DNA of 64,000 nt from Lama glama (taxonomy: Eukaryota), in assembly GCA_028534125.1 (NCBI GenBank), contig CM052818.1, positions 22,198,001 to 22,262,000 of the forward strand, read 5' to 3'. Each line of letters starts with the position of its first letter. Position 1 is the first letter of the stretch. This document shows, piece by piece, positions 1-10,273 of the stretch. The position numbers and the translations under genes were made by a program. The notes under the pieces are model-generated. The model searched no databases and was not told the origin of the DNA. It was given only the letters and a program-made list of their open reading frames with translations.

Positions 1-309
1 GAAAACATTTGTATAGAATTACATCGTATGTACAAGGACTTGGCCCTGCTAGTTACCCCCAAAAAGCGTCTAACAATTTCTACTCCCACCAATGATGAAT
101 GAGAATGTCAGTTTCCTTACTTAAATATTAGTTGCATCCTACCCTTTAAAAAACAATTCTCTACAGATTAATGGGGTTTTTTTCCTTTTAAAATTCATTG
201 TTTTAATTGCCCTTCCTTAAACATTAATGAAATTAAACATGTCTTCGTATGTTTATTGGATATTTGTGTTTCATCTGTGAATTACTTGTTTATATTCTTT
301 CCTAAACAT

Positions 310-860
310 TTGCAGTTCCCAAAGTGTGTGCCAAAGCACTGTGGGATATTTTAAATTTGGGGGGGAAAGGACAGTGACACTTGCCATCTGTGCGATACTA
401 CGTGAACCACTCGCTTAAAGTAATGTACAGTTATCAACATTAGCTCACACTGCATTCCTTTCGATGATGCTATATGTCTTTGCAAAGTTGAGTATTCACT
501 AGTTGCTGTAATAAAGAGCTAGTACCATGAGAAAATCAATGTGGAACAGGAATGAGGGTGGTGGAGTCCAGCAATTCCAAGGCTTGGGAAGTTATGAAGT
601 ATCCAATAGGCACACACATCCCATTAGTAAGTAATTGTGGTTATTAAAGAATGAAATAAAAATATTTTTTCTTTCAACTTATGTGTATTATTTTTTCAAA
701 CAGTTCCTAAGTTGTTAGGGCAAAAATACTTATTAGGTTGTTTGGACCTAACTACTTAATAAATGGAACTGTTAGGTATTTCTTTTAGCCTACAGGCACC
801 ATGAAAAGATTATTGAGGTGCTAAGGGTGCTATGAATGGAGAAAGTTTGTAACTCCCTGC
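310..860. mobile_element. hAT-Charlie DNA transposon remnant (Charlie4-like), lying between old antisense L1 fragments (about 1-300 and 860-1250)
   Basis: Degenerate termini cagttcccaaagtgtgtgcc ... gaaagtttgtaactccctg and a Charlie-like interior. Recognised by eye. Confidence 0.55.
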
Positions 861-2084
861 CGTATTTCATTCAATTATTTTCATTTTTGTTATTAATTTG
901 CAAGAGCTTTGTTCCTTAGGGGAATTAGCCAATATTTTAGCCCTGGTTTGCTTGTACTTTTGAATATTCCTAGTAATTTTTGCTATACAGAAGATTTCAG
1001 CTCTTATGTCCAGTTAATGTTATAAATACATCTTTTTTTTGCATTCATTTTACATACATTTTCTCTTTCCCTTCTCTCCCTCTCTAAACCTTTTTTTAAC
1101 TTTTATTATAAAAAATGTAAATAAACACAAATGTAGGCAGAATAATATAATGAATCCCATATACCCACCACTCAGCTTCAACAATGAGTGATTCATGACT
1201 AATTTTCATTAATACCACCACCAATTTCCCTCCTTTTGTATTGCTTTAAAATTAACTGTCTTGACTGAACAAATTATCTGTTTTATTTTTCATTAATGAG
1301 TTTTGCTGTATCAGAGAGTTCCTTATTGTTCTCTCAGTATTGTCTTTAAGGAAACTCCGTAGTTTGAGGATCCAGGTATGTAGAAAAGATAAGTAAACAA
1401 GTACAATAAAGCTTCTCCTAAAGATTTTAGACTGGGATTTATTTTGCAAATACATAATTTATAATTTGAAAAATGTTATACATAGCTTTTCAGAAATGTG
1501 TCTGCATTCTAAAGCTGGAAGGAAACTCTTTAGTTAGAAGAGAAATTATATCAGTGTTTTGTAAATTGTTAATTCTTTATAATCAAGGCTTTGTTTGTAT
1601 GTTGGATTAAGATTGACTGCCTTTGACATCACTTTCTAAGCTTTGCCCTCACGCAACAACTCAGGACCCTTGACGCTTTGTCTGGGTTTCGGGACTGCAT
1701 TATAAAATTTACAGCACGAGGCCAGAGATGACCCAAAACAAATGTATACTCACTGTCTTATTACTACTGTGTATTTCCCCCCAACCAGAGAGTGTGCAGA
1801 GAGTTTAGACAGGTGGCTTTTGCACCCCAGCTGCTGCTGCAAATACAGGTTCTATTCCTGCCACCCCCGGCAAGGGGGCATGGTGGAATTCCAAATCAAT
1901 AAATGCTCTGTTGGCTGAGTCTCTCTTTCTGCCAGACAAAGCTGTATATCCCTGGAGTCTAGGGGCTGTGGAGAACAGGACACAGTCCTTTTCTTCAATG
2001 AGCTATACTCCAGGAAAAGGAAATTGTAGATTGATAACCATGATGACAAGATTTAAAACATTAAAAAAAGAAAGAAAAAGAAAT

Positions 2085-2600
2085 CAAATGAAGTAAACTG
2101 CTGAGCACTGAGTAGGGAAAGTCTTAGGGTGGGGAGGGGAGGTGGTTGATGAAAGTTAAGGAATGTTTTATGGAGGAGGTGGTGTTTAAGCTGGACCTTA
2201 CAGTATGAATGAAATTTCAATAGGCAGAGCTGGAGAATGTGGGGGTAGAAATGGAAGGAACATCCTGGACAGAAAAGCATTGTCAGAAATGGGAGATCAT
2301 CCCTTGTGGTCACATAATAGGTGCATGAAGTAGGGGGTGAAACCACAAAGGTAGGTTGAGTCTTCAGTGCCCACCAAATTATTTTAAGACTTTGGAAAAA
2401 TTTAAAGGATTTTGAATTTGACAGTGATACAATCAGGGCTTGAGTTTAGGAAAAGTTTTCTGCAGCCATGTGTGAAATAAGTTTTGGAGGCAGAGACCAG
2501 TCAGTTAAATTGTTTTCATCATCTGGGTGTAAAGTCTTTTGGTTCCTGAGCTAGAACAGTGGGAATGTTACTAGAAAGGAGGGGATTCATTTGAGACGCA
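2085..2600 (-). mobile_element. L2 LINE remnant
   Basis: Typical antisense L2 text (ggaggaggtggtgtttaagctggacctt...aggattttgaatt...gtgatacaatcagggcttgagtttagg). Boundaries are approximate. Confidence 0.6.
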
Positions 2601-3223
2601 AAGTGAATTTCCAGTTCCTGCAGTCTTTGTGTTTTTGTACATTTTAGTCCTTAAAGAGATCCGTGCCCTACTGCCCAAGCCAGAGTCCGCTAGGAAGTAA
2701 TCACATTTTGTAGTTAGCATCCTTTTCCTAGCAGCAGCAACGCAACACAGCTAGAGTCACCTTTTGGGAATTTACGAAGACCTTTCTGAGGATCTGTTCT
2801 CATCTAATAAACAGAGTGAGGTTTTGGGGAGTAACCACTTCCTTGCCTGCCCTCCAACATGGTGTCAGATTGGAAGGTAGCCATGGGTGGCACATGCCCA
2901 CTAAGCTCTTTCTTGTAGGGATGAGCAGTATCCCAGAGTCATGCCTCCAGTCCACACAGTGACCCTCCAAGGCTGGTAACAAAGACGAGTATGTTGAGCT
3001 CTCTGTACAGATGATGCAGGCAGGTGCGTGTACCCATCAAGCACTGTGCTCTGCGCCATGGAAGTCAGAGGCAAGAAGGATGCTCCTCCGAAGCCTGTGT
3101 TTTAGTTGAGAAGATTAATATGCCTGAAGCAGAAAATTAAATCCTAAACCATTGACTAGAAATGGCATATAAATTAGAGAACTCTTCTCTCTCACTTTCC
3201 CAACTCCCTCGTCCCCCCGCCGC

Positions 3224-3224
<1 letters not shown>

Positions 3225-3258
<34 letters not shown>
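3225..3258. repeat. (AC)17 microsatellite
   Basis: Read directly from the sequence. Confidence 0.95.
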
Positions 3259-3260
<2 letters not shown>

Positions 3261-4737
3261 ACAGATGAACACAATCCCCCTTTTAAATAATTTCTGCTGT
3301 ATCCGTTTCCCAGCAGTTATATGATTAGGCATGTTTCTGTAATTTAGAAAGTTTAGATTCCTTCTTCAGCCATCCTCTTCTCACCACCCCACCCCCTCCA
3401 GTCTGCCTTAAAGCCATAAAATACTTCTGCCTGCCTGCCTTTAGTTCTGTTTGTATGAATTAAGTCGACAGGATAAATATTCACATTCCCATCTACGGGC
3501 TGAAACAATGTTTGCCTGTTCTGCCCAGTGAGTCGAGAAGAAACGGGGGCCTGACATCACCCTATACTGTACATTCCCGGCATAGATCATTTATTTAAGT
3601 CCCTGAAAAAATACAGATGTTTTACCAGCCGAAATAAAATCCTGTGTAAACACTGAGCTTGGAAAAATGTGGCTCTGACTTAGCTGTGGGGGTTGGAGCA
3701 GCGCGGGGAGAAGGCTAGGAGGCCAACCAGCAGATGCCGAAATTTTATACTTGGCTGAATGTGATAGGGGCAGAAGTCTTCGCCCCCAGTCTGCACGCTA
3801 CAAAAGATCAGACTTGAGTTTTAAGGAAACATAGTTGCAGACAGGGATAGATTTGGTGATCTTTCGAGTTGGGGATTATTCGTGATTACAATACATTCAC
3901 CTCATTTATATCTGACCTCTGAAATGAACATCCCTTTTCTCACCGGAGTTGTCCGTTTTCATGGCCTGCCTAGCCAGGTCCTGTTATTGCTGGATCCTGC
4001 TGGTTTCTGGAGCTCAGCTGCTGTTGATTTTATAAGGGGGGAAAATTGCCTGGAAGCCATGCTTGGTGAAGAGGAAAACCCATCTCAGTGTTGCATTCCC
4101 AAACAGCCATATATCATCTTCATCTTGTCTAACACAAGTCACTATTGTAGCCCAGCCGCGTAAACCAGACATATTTTACTGAAGCCAGTGCAGGTTTTTT
4201 CAGGGATCTGCCTCATGACTCTTTTTAGGCCTGTGGCATTTATTCAAAGAGCATTACATTTGCTCTGCCAAGTGGCTTTTAAGATTCAAAGCTGCCAGAA
4301 TGGAACTCATGCTTTACACAGATGCTCGGGGGCTCCCCTCAGTCTCTCTGTGTTTTGAGTGGGGATGGGGGTGGACAGAGGGTGACTGTTCTCCAGACTT
4401 TTCTTCGATCCTCCAGGAGTTTCATTAAGGCTGGCATCTCAAGAGTAAGAAGTCCCAGCCCAATCTAGCTGCTTCCTGACACTCCCTCCGCGGGGGAGGG
4501 CGTGAGTACCCAGCCCTGGGAAATCCCAGGCCTGTGAGAGTCATGGGTGATGCTGTTGGTTTGCACTTGGTTGTTTTGTGTGTGCTTTTTGTCTCTTTCT
4601 GACCGGGTCACAATTTTATTTTTAATTTGTAGGTAATTTACGGGTCACAACTATCTTGAGTCAATAAAGTGTTCTTTTGCTGAATTCATAAACCTCTAAG
4701 TCCACTCTAACCTTTCTCCAAAGGGCCTGCTGTAGCG

Positions 4738-4835
4738 AGGTCACCAACTGTCTCAGTCTGTCCCAGTGTGATTATTAATAGAGCTCTTTTTCACTCTCAA
4801 AAGAATTCCTGATTTGCAAGATAAATTATCCTAAC
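4738..4835. mobile_element. MER81/MER94-like hAT-Blackjack remnant; a similar copy lies at about 32155-32268
   Basis: Both loci share gtcccag..taattatta..ctctcaaaag..cctgatttgca..ataaat; the second copy ends ggtcacccta. Confidence 0.5.
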
Positions 4836-5889
4836 CAGAGCAAGCCTCACACGGATAGTCCTGACCAAACTCACTAACTCTCCCTCCCTCATTACCCAAA
4901 CTGCAGCATTTTCTTTTGATTCCTGCCTTGCAGCATGGCCCTCAATCACCAGCTTCCTGCGTTAAGTTCTCTTTACTGACCCTCAACTGCATGTCTAAAG
5001 CAGTTGCCAAATCCTGCTTCTTCAGCCTCCAAAACATCTCTCAAATGTATCTGTCCCTCTCTGTTCCTCTCCGTTACACTGCTGCCATAGTTTCGATTGG
5101 GGTGGGGTGGGGGGTGGTCACAAAATCAGAGTCCTGCCTAGGCCAGGCAGGTAAGTGAACACGGGGATGGGTATAAACATGTGGCCCTCTCGGTCCATCC
5201 TATTTTCAGACTTGATGTAGATTTCATTTTCATTTTCCTCTCAATTCTCCATAAGTTAAAAAAAAAAACCAGTGATAAATGACATTGACTTAGTGGCGGT
5301 GAGTGATAGGCAACAGCGGGGACGGTGGTGAGCCAGAGTGTGCACCTCTCTCGGGGGCAGCCCCAGCCAGGTGACTGAGGCCCTGCAGGAGAGTGGGCCC
5401 ACGATCGTCAGCTCTTCTGACTTTGAGAAGAGTTTAGACATTAGGATGATTTTGACATGAAATCTCCCAATTCATAAATGACGATTTAAAAACATGGTGT
5501 AGGCCAAATGAAACATCTGCTGCCACTTTTGGTCCATGGGTACCTCTTGGTTTTCGGGCTCTGGTTTCAAGCCTCGGCACCTTTTGTCTAGACCGGCAGT
5601 GGCCTCACTCACTCTGCCCCTTCTAGTCCAGCCTCCACCCTGCCCCTGGCCTTTTCTTTCCGAATTCCAGATCTGATCACATAAGCGCTGTTTCTGAAGA
5701 GGTCTTGACCATGTGCAGAACAGAGTACACATTCCTTGATGCTCCTTTAAGATCCTTCTCCATCTGACCCGACCTTCTCCCCAGCTATGTCTCCTGCCGT
5801 CCTGCACACACCCTGACTATGCTCTTGTTAACACGCAGCTATTTGCTGTTCCCTGAGCCGTCCCAATATTTTTCTTTCACTAAATGGGT

Positions 5890-6210
5890 ATTTTTTTTAG
5901 AACAATTTTGGATTTACAGAAAAATGAGCAGATAGTGCAAAGAGTTCCCATATATTCCTTTCTTCTCTACCCCCTCGCCCCAGTTTTCTCCTATTATTAA
6001 TATTGTGCATTTACAGGAGAGTATAGCTCAGTGGTAGAGCATGTGCTTAGCATGCACGAGGTCCTGGGTTCAATTCCCAGTACTCCTGTTAAAAAAAAAA
6101 AGTTTAAAAAAATTGTGCATTAGAGGGGTATGTTTGGTAAAATGAATGAAGCAGTATTGACACACTGTTATTAACTGAAGTCCATAATTTACATTAAGGT
6201 TCACTTTTCT
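5890..6210 (-). mobile_element. Old L1 (L1MC-like) 3' end fragment interrupted by a Vic-1-type SINE
   Basis: tttagaacaattttggatttacagaaaaat...gagttcccatata...ttattaactgaagtccataatttacattaaggttcact, with the host sequence continuing across the SINE. Confidence 0.65.
6016..6111 (+). mobile_element. tRNA-Ala-derived SINE (camelid Vic-1 type)
   Basis: A box TAGCTCAGTGG, AGC anticodon loop (cttagcat), B box GGTTCAATTCC and an A-rich tail. Flanking repeat attgtgcatt at 6002-6011 and 6112-6121. Confidence 0.9.
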
Positions 6211-8677
6211 TTGTTGGCAATACCAGTATTGGATTCTTTAACACTTTTTAATAATTCAGTTTTCTCTGCTTGCATATTCTTCCCCCAAATCTGGCAAGAT
6301 TCTCTTCAAGGCCAAATATGAATATCACTCTTCCTGCAAAGCCTTCTCCGACTGTTTATTTTTGGAATGGGGGCTGAAAAGGAGGGAGGAGACAGAAAAA
6401 GGAAAAGGAAGAGAACTCACGTTTTGATCAGGTGCCTAGTGTGTGCCAAATGCTGTATATGTCCTTTGAAATCTCTCTAGAGTCCTGTCAGATAGATGGA
6501 TATTATTGCACTCTTTACTGTGGGGAAACTGGGGTTAACAAGTCGCCCAAAGCCCCACAGCCAGTAACTGGGTTTCCACACAAGTCCGCCTGGCTCCAAA
6601 GTCTGTGCTCCTCCCACTCCCTCTCACAAAGCTGCATTCTTCCTACTAATCTAGCCTCCCCACTCTCCCCTCTGGATGAGGACTCCACTGGAGTGAGGAG
6701 CACCTACAGCAGCTCACCAAACCCATGGGGGTGTGTCCTAAAGGCAGAGTTAATGTAGGAAGAGGCACCAGACATTGACATCAGTTCAGCAAATACTCGT
6801 TGAATTCCTGCTATGCGCTGGACCTGGTGGAGGGTGAGGTCAAGCATGAGAGCAAAGTGATGGCAGTGCTGTCGTGCAGGTCATAAATCCCCGCCAGGCA
6901 GAGTCAGGGGTTTGCTTGTCCACGACTAGACTGTAAGCCGCAGGAAAGCAAGGATTCTATTTGTTCTCCACTGCAGCCCCTAAGGCAGTGCCTGGTAATA
7001 ATAGTTGTTTAATAAATACTTAGGGATTGAGTGCTTGAATCCTGTTGCCAATTTGGGACGCCTAAAGAGACACTGAGCTGCTCAGAGTTCTCCCGTGCAT
7101 TCAGTTAGTCACCATCCTCAGCCTTGGCGGCTTCGGGTTTCTCTGTGTTTGGTTCAGTGCAAACCTGTATTATAGGCTGTTTCCAAATTATCCCAGGCCT
7201 GGGCTTGACCACACTCTTTGCCCAAAAGTTCTTCTGGACCACAACTTTAGGAAAGCTGGGGAAAGAGGAGAGTTGCCTCGCCCCTGCCATCCTTCCAGAG
7301 CTGCTGGGTCAGTGATCCTTCCTCGCAGCTACCTGGAGCTCCCAGACCTGACCTTGGACTCGAGTTCCAGAGGCCTGGCCTCCCTTCTGGACTTCACGCA
7401 AGGATGACCTCACTTTTCTTGAGGGGCTTAAACCCAACACTAAACGTCATCTGAGGGTAGTCATGTATTCAGATATTCTCATCAGTTATCTTAAAGGAAA
7501 AATTTATCTCAAACGTAATAACCTGCTTCAGACATTTGCTTACAAGACTTTTCTTTCCTCTCCCCTCCCTCTGTCCTCTCTCTTCCCTCTCCTCTCCTGC
7601 TCTCTGTTTTCCTTGACATCTCTGACCCTGTCTTTCACGTCTATTGCTCTCTCTCCTACATGCTTATTTCCACCAGGGTTCTTCTAAGTGTACCTCCCCC
7701 TCCATTTGTCCCGTGTAAATAGATCACTCCGTTCCTGCTGAATAACCAGAATCACAATTGTTGTCTGGTTTGTGCCCAAGGTGACAGAATTGATGGACCT
7801 GTAGGCCAATGTTCATAAACCAGAGTTACCAAGCGTTTCAAAAACAGCCTTGTTTTTGCCAAGTAAGGTGAGCAAATATAGGACTAAGTTTAAACATCCA
7901 TCAGGAGTTATTTTTGAAGTGATTACTTCTAAATGAGAGACGTTTGAAAATCTCACAGCTTTCTTTACAAGTAAATTCCAGAGTCCTGTATTTTGCTGGT
8001 GTCTGCTGATTAATTACAATCCTGTGACACCATGAAAAGCCCTGGTGGTTGGTTTTGTGCAGCTGTGGAGGAAAGTAAAGCAAGGCCCAGTGACTCTGCC
8101 AACTCTTTCAGGATGGTGGGGATTCGGGCAGAGGGAGGTAATTTTTTCGCTCTGGCAGTCACCACAGAAGAACAGAAGCCCCAGCCAGACCCATTTCTCC
8201 AGACTTCACGACGGGCGGTTTGGGTCCCTGTGGGGGTGTGGTGAAGGAGTGATATTTGATCTGTTGCTTCTGAAATAACAGATCCATTATTAGAGAAAGC
8301 TTTTTCAGTCTCCACATCCATTGGGACTTGTGTGCCTTCTCCTACACGATTACTTCTGTTTAGGAAAAAAAATTTTGAGTGGCAGTTACATGTAATAAAG
8401 TAATCAATTTATTTTGACTCTAAAGAAAAGGTGCTCAGCGTACAGTAGATCTCTGACCTGGGAACACCTGCCAGCTTATACCCATTTAGGATCTGTCGGC
8501 ACTTTAGCCTCTTGCTTTTTCTCATAACATCCTTCCATATTTAACTCTCAGTGATGCCCCTCATTGACAGCAGAGAAAGAAAAGAAAAAGTTGAATCATG
8601 TTGCTTAGGAAGAATCAGCTCCGATAAAGGCTACAGTAGGGAAAGAAAGCAAACCAATGATTAAAATAGACTTTCAA

Positions 8678-9177
8678 CTCGATAAAGAAGATGTGGTATA
8701 TTTATACAATGGAATACTATTCAGCCATAAAAACAATGACATAACGCCATTTGCAGCAACATGGATGTTCCTGGAGAATGTCATTCTAAGTGAAGTAAGC
8801 CAGAAAGAGAAAGAAAAATACCATATGAGATCACTCATATGTGGAATCTAAAAAAAAAAAAAGAATATAAATACAAAACAGAAATAAACTCACAGACATA
8901 GAATACAAACTTGTGGTTGCCAAGGGGGCAGGGAGTGGGAAGGGACAGACTGGGATTTCAAAATTTGTAGATACTGACAGGCATATGCAGAATAGGTAAA
9001 CAAGATTATACTGTATAGCACAGAGAAATATATATGAGATCTTGTGGTAGCTCACAGCGAAAAAAAATGTGACAATGAATACATGTATGTTCATGTATAA
9101 CTGAAAAATTGTGCTCTGCACTGGAATTTGACACAACATTGTAAAATGACTATAACTCAATAAAAAAAAAGTTTAAA
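8678..9177 (+). mobile_element. Relatively young 5'-truncated L1 (ORF2 C-terminus, 3' UTR and polyA)
   Basis: ORF2 tail PFAATWMFLENVILSEVSQKEKEKYHMRSLICGI*, AATAAA at 9159 followed by an A tail, and a perfect 15-bp TSD aaaatagactttcaa at 8663-8677 and 9178-9192. Confidence 0.93.
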
Positions 9178-10157
9178 AAAATAGACTTTCAAAGTTCTGG
9201 CTGTGTTTATCTGTACTTGCTTTGCTCCATGCTCCTCCTCCTCTTGATTTAGATAAACAGAAGGATTTCTCTGACATGTGTCTTTTTCCTTGACACTAGC
9301 TAGGGTCAGAGGATCTCATTTATGCCCTTGTCCACTTCCCTTCTCTGCTGCAGGTTTCTACTTCTCACAAAGGCCCTGTTGATGTCATCACTGAGTGACT
9401 CCAGGACACATCTACGTGTGCATGCTAATACACCCGCACATGTACACACGCACACAGCCTGTGTGTGTTTGCTGAATTGTAGCCTTTGTTCTAAATATAG
9501 GCAGCTTGAGAGATACAGTAGGATTTGTCTTTCTCTGCCTAAGTCTAATATATAATGTCATGTAAGAGTAAGAAGGTGGGCTGTGTTCACATGCCGTTCC
9601 TGGCATCTCAGCAAAGATCTAAAAAGTCTAAATCGTTTACAAACATCACTGTCCAGTATTTGCAAAGGCAAGCATCACTTTGGTCTGCTTCTGTAGCCAA
9701 GCCTTCTAATAAACCCCGATGTGTAAACCAGGTTAGGCATGCAGACAATTGATTTCTCCTATGTAGTAAGATTTTGTCTTTAAAAGTACATTTTTTTTTA
9801 TATGAGACTGCTAAGATAGAGAAAGATGTTTGCATTTTTTTGCTGGCATCACCTTTAGGTTGTTTGTAACTAAAAAGCTCTTGTATCAAATGACTGTTTG
9901 GTCACAGAGCAGTCACCTTTTTCTGGATTCGTGCAGGGAACCCAGAGCACAGGTATGAATTAAAGATGTAGGTTTCTCACCACTAGATGCGTCCTCCAAA
10001 ACTAACATGCTTTTTTGCAGAGAGACCAGAGCCACAGTTTGCAGGTGTCTGTTTTCTTTGGGGAATATTTTGAGGAAACCTAAAAGGGAGGAACTGAACA
10101 TTGAGGAAAAATATATTTTCACAGCAGGATATTGCTTTTTCTCTTTTTTTGGTTTAG

Positions 10158-10273
10158 GTTTTTCATTTGTTACAAGCCTTCCCAGACTCCAAATACAGAA
10201 TGAATACATACTTTCAGCAGGAGCTGGCTGACGTCGCAGCTTGTACCAAAGCCAAACTCTGGCTGGCCAAGAG
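10158..10273 (+). CDS. THADA: THADA internal coding exon, 116 nt, phase 0 to 2; VFHLLQAFPDSKYRMNTYFQQELADVAACTKAKLWLAK(R)
   Basis: Acceptor ctcttttttttggtttAG at 10156-57 and donor AG|gtatgt at 10274. My manual translation resembles mammalian THADA (..TKAKLWLAKR) as I recall it, and the phase joins the next exon. Confidence 0.93.

Noticed and set aside
6016..6090. tRNA-Ala(AGC) gene (also at 14828, 22160, 39560 and 40080)
   Set aside because: Acceptor stems are degenerate, and the copies have A-rich tails and flanking direct repeats, so they are SINEs rather than tRNA genes.
8657..8851. ORFs with real protein similarity at 8657, 38875 and 40981
   Set aside because: These are frameshifted L1 ORF2 C-terminal remnants, not genes.
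9978..9995. CTCF-like words (ccactagatgcg; also near 3728 and 30824)
   Set aside because: These are partial matches lacking the GGC core, and they cannot be separated from background without a PWM scan and ChIP data.
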